Assembly: GCA_002377585.1 (NCBI GenBank)
Contig: DFQC01000007.1
Location: forward strand, 2,706 to 66,705
DNA from: Anaerolineales bacterium UBA3499
GTDB lineage: Bacteria > Chloroflexota > Anaerolineae > Anaerolineales > UBA11657
Reading direction: 5' to 3'
Length of the DNA stretch: 64,000 nucleotides
This document shows, piece after piece, positions 27,965 to 37,456 of this stretch. The notes beneath the pieces were generated by a model that made no database searches, was not told where the DNA came from, and saw only the letters and a list, made by a program, of their open reading frames with translations. Within the stretch, counting starts at the first letter, position 1; each line of letters starts with the position of its first letter. The position numbers were made by a program, and so were the translations under genes.

Positions 27965-29046
27965 CTCAATCTATTGATGCGAAGCGCTTATACAACCATG
28001 TTCTTGGTGGACTTGCTGGAGCGGGCATGGGAGATGCGCTTGGAGCTGCTACGGAACAGTGGCATCATACTGAAATATTTGCAAAGTTTGGAGGACCACT
28101 CAGATCGTTTCAGCAACCTCCTCCAGATACTTGGTCCGGAGCAGAGAGTAACAAGCTTGGTCAGGTAACTGATGACGCTAGTCAGATGTTCTATTTGGCA
28201 CATAAACTTATAGAGTGTGATGGGTCACTTACCCATGATGATTGGGTTGCGTGTCTATTGCAGTGGGCAGACGAGTCTCCTCATGTGGGTAACATGGGGC
28301 CTACTACTCGATTGGTAGTACAAGCTCTCAAGGAAGGCACAGATCCTAACCTTGTAGGTGTTATTGGTACATCAGACAGACAGCCAGCATCGCATGGAGC
28401 CACAAATGGTGCAGCCATGAGAGTGGCACCGGCAGGATTGATTCATCCTGGGAATCTTGATGCAGCTTGTGATACAGCTCTTATTACGTGTATACCATCG
28501 CACTCGACTCAGATCGCTATTTCTTCTGCATGTGCAATAGCTGCTGGTGTGGCCCATGCGCTTGAAGAGGGCGCAGATGTCTTTTCCGTAGTAAAGGCTT
28601 GTTTATATGGTGCACGTCGGGGTGAAGAGCTTGCCAAGGAACATGGACGCATCGTGCCAGGCCCGAGTATTTTAGTCAGGAGTGAGCTCGCTGTTAATTT
28701 AGCACTTAAGGCTGAATCTTTACCTGAAGCAATCAAATTGATAGAAGACAGTATAGGTAATTCTGTAGATGCTTGTCAGTCAGTACCAGCTGCTATTGGT
28801 CTTTTTGTGTTTGCAGAGGGAGACCCGTTGGAGTCGATAGTAGGAGGTACTAATATCGGCAATGACACTGATACGATAGCAGCAATTGCTGGGTCTCTTG
28901 CCGGCGCGCTTCGTGGTGTTGATGCTATGCCAAAAGATATGTTTGAAACTTTCTGGCAAGCCAATGCTGATGATGAATTTGATATCAATGAACTGGCTGA
29001 GGGACTTACAAAAATCGCTCTTAACAATCAAGGAGGATCTTCATGA
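27961..29046 (+). CDS. ADP-ribosylglycohydrolase (ARH/DraG) family protein
   Basis: [20 protein letters not shown] and [17 protein letters not shown] motifs. The ATG at 27961 forms an ATGA overlap with the NH3 stop. The track's longer N-terminus (27856) only overlaps NH3. Confidence 0.8.
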   Translation: MTQSIDAKRLYNHVLGGLAGAGMGDALGAATEQWHHTEIFAKFGGPLRSFQQPPPDTWSGAESNKLGQVTDDASQMFYLAHKLIECDGSLTHDDWVACLLQWADESPHVGNMGPTTRLVVQALKEGTDPNLVGVIGTSDRQPASHGATNGAAMRVAPAGLIHPGNLDAACDTALITCIPSHSTQIAISSACAIAAGVAHALEEGADVFSVVKACLYGARRGEELAKEHGRIVPGPSILVRSELAVNLALKAESLPEAIKLIEDSIGNSVDACQSVPAAIGLFVFAEGDPLESIVGGTNIGNDTDTIAAIAGSLAGALRGVDAMPKDMFETFWQANADDEFDINELAEGLTKIALNNQGGSS

Positions 29047-29963
29047 CATCTGTAATTATTGATTGTGATCCTGGTCATGATGATGCGTTAGCCATTCTTT
29101 TGGCTGCTAAACATTTGGACGTACTGGGGATTACTACGGTATCGGGCAATGAATCTATTGATAACGTTACTACTAACGCTCTAAAGTTGGTGGAGGTTGG
29201 TAATTTGACTCATATACCTGTGGTGCGTGGTGCTGAAGGACCGTTACTTCGTGAAGCTGTTTATGCACCTCAGGTGCATGGCAAATCGGGTATGGATGGT
29301 GCTGAAATTCCAGAGCCTACTACCAAGCTCAAAGAAGGTCATGCGGTCGATTTTATTATCGATACTGTTATGAGCACATCTGACGTAGTGCTTTTGCCTA
29401 TGGGCCCATTAACGAATATAGCATTGGCTTTAAGAAAGGAACCAAGACTTCGTGATCGAGTCAAGCTTATGAGTATTATGGGAGGAAGCAGCACTAACGG
29501 GAATATTACACCTACCGCTGAATTCAACATATATGTTGATGCTGAAGCAGCTGATATAGTGTATCAGTCGCAAATTCCTATGTTGATGTCTGGTCTTAAT
29601 TTGACTCGTCAGGTTTTGGCTAAACAAGAACATATTGATGAGATTCGAGCAATTAATAACCCTACAACCAGTGTGGTAGCTGACCTACTTACCTTCTATT
29701 TAGCAACTAGCACACGGCATAGTCATGATGGTGCTGCGATGCATGATCCTTGTGCTGTTGCTGCTATTATAGATCCCACCCTCATAGAATTTGAACCAAT
29801 GCATGTTGCTGTAGAGACAGCAGGTGCTCATACCTATGGCATGACTGTTTGCGACGATAGACCTGGGTCGGTCAAGTCAAAAGAAGCTAACGTGGAAGTT
29901 GCTGTCAAAATTGATAGCGACCGTTTCTTTAAGCTGCTAATTGATACACTAAGGATGTACTAG
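29043..29963 (+). CDS. Nucleoside hydrolase NH4 (IUNH family)
   Basis: DCDPGHDDALAI, GPLTNIA, and AAMHDPCAVA with His present. It overlaps the ARH gene by 4 nt. Confidence 0.85.
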   Translation: MTSVIIDCDPGHDDALAILLAAKHLDVLGITTVSGNESIDNVTTNALKLVEVGNLTHIPVVRGAEGPLLREAVYAPQVHGKSGMDGAEIPEPTTKLKEGHAVDFIIDTVMSTSDVVLLPMGPLTNIALALRKEPRLRDRVKLMSIMGGSSTNGNITPTAEFNIYVDAEAADIVYQSQIPMLMSGLNLTRQVLAKQEHIDEIRAINNPTTSVVADLLTFYLATSTRHSHDGAAMHDPCAVAAIIDPTLIEFEPMHVAVETAGAHTYGMTVCDDRPGSVKSKEANVEVAVKIDSDRFFKLLIDTLRMY

Positions 29964-29991
29964 GGCTCATTTGAGTCTTGCGTAATATATA

Positions 29992-30939
29992 GTGTCTGGC
30001 CGTAATATCTTCCTTGATGTTGATACAGGAGTAGATGATGCGTTAGCGTTACTCTTAGCTGCTAGGTCACCTCAGCTTAATGTAAAAGGTGTGACCTGCG
30101 TAGCTGGTAATGTACCCATAGATAGAGTTGTGAGAAACACTTTGGATATATTAAATGTTGCCGATGCGTCTCATATTCCAGTTGCTAGGGGTATGGAGTT
30201 TCCGCTAGTGGAAAAAATGTTTAATGCTACTGAAATACATGGAGAAAATGGGTTGGGAGGTATAGATTTGCCTGCTAGCCGCTCTACAGTTATTGATAAG
30301 CATGCAGTGGAATTTCTGGCCAGGGAAATCGATAACACTTCGGAGAAGGTGACTATTGTGGCGCTTGGACCGCTGACTAACATAGCTACTTTGTTTCGTA
30401 TTTACCCGAATGTTGTCTCGAGTATTGAGCAGCTCGTTATCATGGGTGGTGCAATAGGATCTGGTAATACAACTCCTACTGCTGAATTTAATATTCGTCA
30501 GGATCCTGAAGCAGCTGATGTGGTGTTCAATATGGACGTACCTACTTTGCTGTACGTATGGGATGTTTTTACTAGAGTGCGTTTTGACAAGCAAGAAGTG
30601 GATGAAATGATTGCCAGTGACAACAATTGCAAGTCAATTGCGGGTAAATTGCTGTTGTCTTATTTGACTACTAAGAAAGAAGATACTGCGGGCATCGGAG
30701 ATGCTGGTGCGGTAGCATGTTTGTTGATTCCAGAAGAGATAACTACAGCTGTTATGCCAATATCTGTGGAACTTATCGGGGAACACACACGAGGACAGAC
30801 TGTATTTGACCAACGAAAACGGAAACTAAGTAGACTGCAACCTAAAATACAAAAATCCATAAGTGGAATGACAGAAGTAGTTATGGATTTAGATGTGGAA
30901 AGTTTCCGGAATGCTTTTGTAGATAATATTGTGAAATAG
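29992..30939 (+). CDS. Nucleoside hydrolase NH5 (IUNH family, His-less variant)
   Basis: DVDTGVDDALAL and GPLTNIA. The His position reads AGIGDAGAVA, so His is replaced by Gly. GTG start. Confidence 0.8.
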   Translation: MSGRNIFLDVDTGVDDALALLLAARSPQLNVKGVTCVAGNVPIDRVVRNTLDILNVADASHIPVARGMEFPLVEKMFNATEIHGENGLGGIDLPASRSTVIDKHAVEFLAREIDNTSEKVTIVALGPLTNIATLFRIYPNVVSSIEQLVIMGGAIGSGNTTPTAEFNIRQDPEAADVVFNMDVPTLLYVWDVFTRVRFDKQEVDEMIASDNNCKSIAGKLLLSYLTTKKEDTAGIGDAGAVACLLIPEEITTAVMPISVELIGEHTRGQTVFDQRKRKLSRLQPKIQKSISGMTEVVMDLDVESFRNAFVDNIVK

Positions 30940-30950
30940 GTTAGACAATC

Positions 30951-31901
30951 ATGGTTCCCAAAAAGATTTATCTAGATGTTGACACTGGAGTAGATGATGC
31001 CCTGGCATTGCTTTTGGCTTCAAGGTCTCCAGACTTGGACATTAGAGGTGTTACATGTGTGTCTGGAAATGTTCCGGTTGATCTTGTGGTCAGAAACACT
31101 CTGGACGTATTAGAAGTTGCTGGTGCATCTCATGTACCAGTTGCCAGAGGTATGGATGTGCCTTTGCTGGAGACTATGGTAAATGCTGCAGAAATTCATG
31201 GCAAGAATGGATTGGGCGGGATTGAGATTGCACAGAGTGTATCGGAGCCATTAAGTGTGCATGCTGTAGAGTTCTTAAGAAGAGAACTAACAGATGTTTC
31301 AGAGCCGATTACAATTGTTGCCCTTGGCCCACTTACCAATATCGCTACATTAATACGCGCATATCCTGAAGTGGTGTCGAAGATAGATGAAATTGTTGTT
31401 ATGGGTGGTGCAATAGGACCCGGTAATGTTACTCCTACGGCAGAGTTTAATATCCGTCAGGATCCTGAAGCAGCTGATATAGTATTTGGTTCTGGTATAC
31501 CTATATTGCTGTATATTTGGGATGTGTTTATAAAGGTAGCATTTGTTCGTTCTGAGATAGAATCGTTCTCTAATAGCAGCAACAACAGTGTTGCTCTGGC
31601 AGGAAATTTACTCATGTCAATGTTAGATAGATTTGGCAGACCTAAAACTAGTATTGGTGATGCAGGAGCAGTTGCGTGTATATTAAACGCTAACGCAATA
31701 ACAGCGAAGCAATTACCTGTTGCGGTGGAATTGTCTGGCAAATATACTCGTGGTCAAACTGTTGTTGACCAACGTCCCCCGGATTTGGCTGATCTTGAAG
31801 AAGGCGATTTGCAAGTTGTGATGCCAAATACTATACGGGTCGTAGTTGATGTGGACGTGAATGGTCTTCGAGATACATTTGTCGAACATCTTGGAAAATA
31901 A
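30951..31901 (+). CDS. Nucleoside hydrolase NH6 (IUNH family, His-less variant; tandem paralog of NH5)
   Basis: It shares long identical runs with NH5 (LDVDTGVDDALALLLA, VARGM, TIVALGPLTNIATL, TPTAEFNIRQDPEAAD). The His position reads TSIGDAGAVA. Confidence 0.8.
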   Translation: MVPKKIYLDVDTGVDDALALLLASRSPDLDIRGVTCVSGNVPVDLVVRNTLDVLEVAGASHVPVARGMDVPLLETMVNAAEIHGKNGLGGIEIAQSVSEPLSVHAVEFLRRELTDVSEPITIVALGPLTNIATLIRAYPEVVSKIDEIVVMGGAIGPGNVTPTAEFNIRQDPEAADIVFGSGIPILLYIWDVFIKVAFVRSEIESFSNSSNNSVALAGNLLMSMLDRFGRPKTSIGDAGAVACILNANAITAKQLPVAVELSGKYTRGQTVVDQRPPDLADLEEGDLQVVMPNTIRVVVDVDVNGLRDTFVEHLGK

Positions 31902-31922
31902 ACTAAGTATAAAAGGAGTATT

Positions 31923-33050
31923 ATGTCTGAAATACTTGACATGCCTAAACTCATAAGAGAAGCTTCTGAGAAAGAGGGTGACGTGTGGATGCCTATTGCG
32001 GACTCGTGGCGCGAGATTTGTACAACGTCCTCGGTTATGAGTAGAGAGTTTGAAAAACAGCAAAATGTACTTGAAAATATTGCGTTAGATTTGCAGAAAA
32101 GAGGCGTTAAACATATCCTAATACTGGGATCGGGCGATTCATGGTTTGCCGGCATGGCCGTCTGTTATGCATTTGAACATTATGCTGGAATTACTGCCAT
32201 ACCTATACAGGCGTATGAATATGCCATGTATGGTAGTTTGATAGCAGATGAGAATAGCGCAGTAGTTGTCATAAGTTCAAGCGGTAGACCTACTACTACC
32301 TGGGATGCGCTGGATCGCGCATTGCAGACCGAGTCATATGTTGTGGGGATTAGCGACACGGATTATGAAGGAAATCCGTTTCTGGAAAAACCACATGCAA
32401 GTATCAATCCGAGTGCTAAAAAATTGGGAATGCCAGCACAGACTACGACAGTCACAATTGGTTTACTAATCAATTTAGCTCTTATTATGGGTAGGGAGTC
32501 CTCTTTCTTAGCTAAGGACACATATGATGATCTAATTGCACAGTTGAGAAATATTCCCAATCAAATACTTGGGTTGTTGTCGTCTTTAGATGAGGTTTTG
32601 GCAGATGCAGCTAAGCATGGTGCACTGCATAGGATACATACAATTATAGGTAGTGGACCCAACTATGGTGTTGCTCATGTTGTTTCTGCTCTTTTAGCAG
32701 AAGGTCCTCAATTCACTGGACATCCAATGCCGGCAGAGGAATATCATCATGCTTTACGTGGTCGTACCATACAAAAAGGTGATCCGGTTTTGCTTGTTGC
32801 CCCATCAGGACAAGGATACCCACGCGTGGTAGAAGCTAGTAGTGACTTAAAGGAACTGGGCGCCTACATCATGGCTGTTGTTGATGAAGGAGAACAAACA
32901 ATAACCACGATAGCAGATAACAGTGTCCATGTACCGTCTGTTGATGAACCAATGTCACCATTGCTTACTCTTCCTCCCGTGCAAATGTACAGTTTATATC
33001 TGGCATCTGAAAGAATAGCTGTTGGTTATCAACGTCCATTAGTCAATTGA
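31923..33050 (+). CDS. Double-SIS-domain sugar-phosphate isomerase/deglycase-like protein (FrlB/AgaS/GlmS-isomerase-like) S1
   Basis: LGSGDSWFAGMA and ISSSGRPTTT form the first SIS domain. IGSGPNYGVAHV and EEYHHALRG form the second. AAGGAG Shine-Dalgarno sequence. Confidence 0.7.
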   Translation: MSEILDMPKLIREASEKEGDVWMPIADSWREICTTSSVMSREFEKQQNVLENIALDLQKRGVKHILILGSGDSWFAGMAVCYAFEHYAGITAIPIQAYEYAMYGSLIADENSAVVVISSSGRPTTTWDALDRALQTESYVVGISDTDYEGNPFLEKPHASINPSAKKLGMPAQTTTVTIGLLINLALIMGRESSFLAKDTYDDLIAQLRNIPNQILGLLSSLDEVLADAAKHGALHRIHTIIGSGPNYGVAHVVSALLAEGPQFTGHPMPAEEYHHALRGRTIQKGDPVLLVAPSGQGYPRVVEASSDLKELGAYIMAVVDEGEQTITTIADNSVHVPSVDEPMSPLLTLPPVQMYSLYLASERIAVGYQRPLVN

Positions 33051-33958
33051 GTGAAAAATACCTTGCTCTGGGAGGTATTATTATCGATGACCTTGTGCAT
33101 GAGGATGGAACTACATCGATGGGCGTGCTTGGCGGAGGTGGGTTATACGCAGCACTAGGGTCTCGAATTTGGTCAGAAGACGTTTGTATGGTGGCTAGAG
33201 TTGGACGGGATTTTAATATTACATCTATATCTGAAAAAGGATTACGTACAGAATATATTGAGTTGACTTCTTTACCTACACCACGTGCATGGCAGTTGCT
33301 TGATAGCAATGATGAGCGGACGCAAATCCCTCGGGTGTCAGCTGAGGACTGGTACTCACAGTTAGTAGTTGAGCAACATGATATACCAGATATCAGTAAC
33401 CTCACCGGATTGCATATCTTGGGGAGAGGTTCAGAAGCTGAGTATGACATAATGAGCCTATACTCTAAGAAAGGGACTACAATAAGTTATGAGCCTGTTG
33501 TCGATCACAATACAGACACTAAGCGAATTGCCGCTATCATACGGTGTTTGCGAATGGTGAATATATTCTCACCAGACCTACTGGCATGCGAAGTATTAGC
33601 GGATGTGCAAGATCCTACTGATGCTGGAAGATGGTTTGCTGAACGAGGACCTCAAGTTGTGGTACTACGCATGGGCAAGCAAGGTGCTATGTTATATGAG
33701 TCGGACCATAATGAAGTGTGGAAGATACCCTCTTACGCAAACCGTATAATTAATACCGTTGGTGCTGGTAACGCATTTTGTGGTGGTTTCTTAGCAGGCT
33801 GGTGTCCAAACCATGACATATCTGATGCAGGTGCTAGCGCTGCTATTAGTGCTTCAATTACAATGGAGAACTTAGGTCCTCCAACAGTTTCGGTAGATTT
33901 ATCTGAGCGAGCTTTGGAATTACACAGACAGTTTGTACCAAGGATTTCTAAGCAATGA
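33047..33958 (+). CDS. PfkB-family protein K3 with GAGN motif (catalytic Asp replaced by Asn)
   Basis: PfkB fold signature NTVGAGNAFCGGF and N-terminus LALGGIIIDDLVHEDG...GGGGLYAALG. Paralog of 39075..40016. The TTG start overlaps S1 by 4 nt. Confidence 0.7.
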   Translation: MSEKYLALGGIIIDDLVHEDGTTSMGVLGGGGLYAALGSRIWSEDVCMVARVGRDFNITSISEKGLRTEYIELTSLPTPRAWQLLDSNDERTQIPRVSAEDWYSQLVVEQHDIPDISNLTGLHILGRGSEAEYDIMSLYSKKGTTISYEPVVDHNTDTKRIAAIIRCLRMVNIFSPDLLACEVLADVQDPTDAGRWFAERGPQVVVLRMGKQGAMLYESDHNEVWKIPSYANRIINTVGAGNAFCGGFLAGWCPNHDISDAGASAAISASITMENLGPPTVSVDLSERALELHRQFVPRISKQ

Positions 33959-34902
33959 TTAAATTGGCAAGTGGCTCTGTATCATCAGTAGATGTTGTTT
34001 CAGTAGGCGGATTATGTATTGACATAGTGCTTAAGGTAGACCGATTTCCAGGCCATGACGAAAAAGTTGCGAGTGAATTGATTGGAAATCTTCCAGGGGG
34101 ACCGCAGCCTAATTTTGCCTGTGCTGCTAGTACACTAGGGCTTTCTGTCAGAACGTTATCACATATTGGCACGGATGAATATGGAGAGATTGTTAAGGCT
34201 GATATGGAAAAATATGACGTTGATACGCAGTGTGTTGAGACTGTACCAGGAGCAACTATTGCTACTATTATTTTGTTAGACCCAACTGGAGAAAAGGCTA
34301 TTATAGTGATGCCTAATGAAAAAACAGGTTATCAACCTGAGCTGGTAGAGGTTGCACTTAGTAATGTGAACTATATGTATATTTGGCCAGAACCTAGAGA
34401 ATCCTTCATAAAATTGGCAACAATAGCACAATCAAAAAGCATTCAGGTCATGATCGATGTTGAAGATACTGCATGCGAGGGGTCTAATTTTCTAGAACAA
34501 GTACTTCCACATACTAATATAGCAAGCTTTAATTTTGATGGGTATAGAGCAGCAACAGGATTCGACAGTGTTGATTTTGGACAAATGAAGAACTTATTAG
34601 AATATGGTCCTCATACTATAGTTGTTACTCATGGGCGTGACGGTGCCTATGCAGTCACTGCCGATGACGTTGTTCGTCACAATGGGTATAATGTTCCAGT
34701 GGTAGACAGTACTGGTGCAGGAGATACTTTTAACGCAGCTTTCTTGACAAGCACTATTGCCGACTATTCTCTAGAAAAAAGAATCGAGTTTGCATGTGCA
34801 GCTGGTGCGATATCAGTGACAGGACTTGGTCCTAAAGGACACTTGCCATCGTTTGATGAAACACTTGAATTTATGTCTATGAACGAAGAAAATACAAAAT
34901 AA
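33955..34902 (+). CDS. PfkB/ribokinase-family kinase K4
   Basis: DSTGAGDTFNAAF and SVGGLCIDIVL. It overlaps K3 by 4 nt. Confidence 0.8.
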   Translation: MIKLASGSVSSVDVVSVGGLCIDIVLKVDRFPGHDEKVASELIGNLPGGPQPNFACAASTLGLSVRTLSHIGTDEYGEIVKADMEKYDVDTQCVETVPGATIATIILLDPTGEKAIIVMPNEKTGYQPELVEVALSNVNYMYIWPEPRESFIKLATIAQSKSIQVMIDVEDTACEGSNFLEQVLPHTNIASFNFDGYRAATGFDSVDFGQMKNLLEYGPHTIVVTHGRDGAYAVTADDVVRHNGYNVPVVDSTGAGDTFNAAFLTSTIADYSLEKRIEFACAAGAISVTGLGPKGHLPSFDETLEFMSMNEENTK

Positions 34903-34928
34903 CAATTAATATGAAAAGGAGTTAAATT

Positions 34929-36077
34929 ATGTCAGATAACACTATGATTGCACAAGTGGAACGTTTGCCAGAAATAATTAGGGAGCAGACACCTATCATT
35001 GATCAGCGTATCAGAAGATTGCTGGACCATGAGCTATGTTTGTCGGTCAAGCACATAGTCACCACGGGATGTGGCGATTCTCATATGGCTGCTGTCGCAA
35101 CCGAACTGGCTTTTGAGCAGTTAGCTGGTATATCAACTGAGCCTTTGAACGCTATGACAGCTGCTCGGTACAATTTGGCTGTCAACAAAAGTGCTTTTCC
35201 GGGAAACCCCTTACTGGTGTGTATTTCTGCTTCTGGTGGTGTAGCTAGGACTCGCGAAGCTCTTGGGGTGGGAAAAGAGGCTGGAGCTACTACACTAGCT
35301 TTGACTGCTAATACAGAATCACCTCTTGCATCTATTGCAGACCTTGTTCTAGACTGCTCAGTACCTGAATATGATCATGCACCGGGAGTGATATCTTATC
35401 GTGTATCGATGATAGCGTTATTCTTGATAGCCATTCGGCTTGCGGAGGTTCGGGAAAAGATGACTCAAGACCAGGCTGGTGCTTTACGTCAACAGCTTGC
35501 TTCGATAGGAGATGCGGTTGAAGCTACCATCGAGGGTTGTCGGGACAAAGTTTTGGAAGTAGTAAAAGCTACTAAAGACCAGAAGAATTTTGTCTTTGTA
35601 GGTGATGGTCCTAACTACTCAACTGCTTTGTTTGGAGCTGCAAAATTGTTAGAGGCGGCTGGAAGTCATGCTATGGGACAAGATACAGAAGAATGGGCTC
35701 ATCTTCAGTATTTTGCTAATGCTGATACAGATACTCCGACTTTTGTTATTTCTCCTGCTGGTAGAGGCCATAATAGGGTAGCTGAAATTCTGGAGCCTAT
35801 GAATAGGGTAGGACGTTATTCTGTTGGTATAGTACCTGAAGGGGATGATGTGGTTGGACCCAATGTTGATATGGTGCTGCCTGTAGTAGGAAATGTGCCT
35901 GAGATTTTCTCACCACTGATTTATCCAGTAGCGACAGAGTTGTTTGCTGCATATTTTGCGGATGAAATTGGCGAAAAGTTTTTCCGAGGTTTTGAAGGTG
36001 TATACGATGATGATGATGCAAACACAATTAAAACAAGTACTATCCTGTCCCGAAATGATATGTCGGGGTCAGCATAA
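34929..36077 (+). CDS. Double-SIS-domain isomerase/deglycase-like protein S2
   Basis: TGCGDSHMAAVA and ISASGGVARTRE form the first SIS domain. VGDGPNYSTALFGAAKLLE forms the second. AAGGAG Shine-Dalgarno sequence. Confidence 0.7.
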   Translation: MSDNTMIAQVERLPEIIREQTPIIDQRIRRLLDHELCLSVKHIVTTGCGDSHMAAVATELAFEQLAGISTEPLNAMTAARYNLAVNKSAFPGNPLLVCISASGGVARTREALGVGKEAGATTLALTANTESPLASIADLVLDCSVPEYDHAPGVISYRVSMIALFLIAIRLAEVREKMTQDQAGALRQQLASIGDAVEATIEGCRDKVLEVVKATKDQKNFVFVGDGPNYSTALFGAAKLLEAAGSHAMGQDTEEWAHLQYFANADTDTPTFVISPAGRGHNRVAEILEPMNRVGRYSVGIVPEGDDVVGPNVDMVLPVVGNVPEIFSPLIYPVATELFAAYFADEIGEKFFRGFEGVYDDDDANTIKTSTILSRNDMSGSA

Positions 36078-36187
36078 TCTAAGGTTTGATCAGTAGATTG
36101 TCAAAGATATATTCTGGTTATCTGTATATGGTAGGTGTGACAATAGTGTTGCACTGGAATTATGAAACACAATTAGGGAGTAACTAA

Positions 36188-37357
36188 ATGATTGGTGAAG
36201 CTCTTAAATCGTATACACAATTGTATACGCACATGGAGTCCTTAATAACACCGGAAGCTTCTTTCACAGCATTTAAGAGATTAGCAGATACATATGCTCC
36301 TACTCTAAGTGCTAGATATACTCGAGGTGAGGTAGTTAGAAATATATTGGAAGAAAGTAAGTCTGAAGGTGCTCTAGGCGATAACGTTGACCTAGATTTG
36401 AATTACAGGAAGACTGGCAATGTTTGTATTACATTGGGTGAACAGAGCAGAAAACCGATCTGGGCATTTGCGCATTTGGACAACATCAGTTATTTAACTG
36501 GTCCTATCGAAAATGGTGTTTATCCTCTGACTGCATTTCATGAACCAAGAATTACTCCTGGTGAACGCGATGGTCTTGCGCTACTTTATGATGAGCAATC
36601 GCAGAATCTAGTTTCTGCTGCAAAAGGTATGATTGTTACTGGAGAAGATAGTAACAATAGTGTGTTTAAGACTGATATAACTGATTTGCCGCCTGCGACT
36701 AGAGTAGTGTTTCAAACTGCAGCGGAGTGGGATAAGGGCACAGGTATGTTGTATGGTTCAGTAGATGATGCGTTTGGTTGTACAGCTCTTGTGATGTCAG
36801 CAATTGTACTTTCAGCATTCGATGTTGATGCTTTGATAGTTTTGACAGATGAAGAAGAAGGAGTGGTTGGTGTGGGTAATACTGCCTTTGCGCGTGGAAG
36901 TCAGCGTTTGATATCTCGTACTGATCCTAAACAATTACCCGCAATTATGTCAGTGACTGATCTGCATGAGAGAAAACCAACAATTGATGATAATGGTGAT
37001 GTTGTAGCAGTTCCTGGATGTGGTGACGGAGCGTTGTTTGCAGGATTTGCGAGCGGTGCTCGAGGTGGTGTCACTCCTCCACATGTCTTGTCGGCGATGC
37101 GCGAAGTGTCTGGACTGCTAAATGAGAAGGGAATTTCGATGCGGGAAAACGAATCATATGTTAGCCGAAGTGACTGCGTGTCTGCAATGATGGCTACTCA
37201 GAACGTTGTTCTTATGGGATTTCCCGGAGCTTATTCGCATTTTTTAAGAACACCAAGGGCACATATTGACGATTTGGTAGCATTGTCAAAATCACTTACT
37301 GTGCTTATAGCAGCTGCTCAATCTTCAGATTGGAGAAAACATTATTTGATTGACTAG
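36188..37357 (+). CDS. M42/M20-like metallohydrolase-fold protein
   Basis: AFAHLDNISY, VDDAFGCTALV and LTDEEEG resemble the M42 segments (AHMDEIG, DDRxG, QEEVG). The match is weak, so the family call is tentative. Confidence 0.45.
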   Translation: MIGEALKSYTQLYTHMESLITPEASFTAFKRLADTYAPTLSARYTRGEVVRNILEESKSEGALGDNVDLDLNYRKTGNVCITLGEQSRKPIWAFAHLDNISYLTGPIENGVYPLTAFHEPRITPGERDGLALLYDEQSQNLVSAAKGMIVTGEDSNNSVFKTDITDLPPATRVVFQTAAEWDKGTGMLYGSVDDAFGCTALVMSAIVLSAFDVDALIVLTDEEEGVVGVGNTAFARGSQRLISRTDPKQLPAIMSVTDLHERKPTIDDNGDVVAVPGCGDGALFAGFASGARGGVTPPHVLSAMREVSGLLNEKGISMRENESYVSRSDCVSAMMATQNVVLMGFPGAYSHFLRTPRAHIDDLVALSKSLTVLIAAAQSSDWRKHYLID

Positions 37358-37394
37358 TATTAAATATCAGTTTGTTAGACTCTTAGCTTGTTTT

Positions 37395-37430
37395 AATCAT
37401 GCAAGATTTATGTTGCATGATTATTTATGT
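37395..37430 (+). terminator. Putative terminator hairpin
   Basis: A 10-bp perfect stem aatcatgcaa/ttgcatgatt with an 8-nt loop, followed by atttatgtt. The T-run is weak. Confidence 0.4.
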
Positions 37431-37456
37431 TACGTGATTAATAATAGGGAGGTTAG

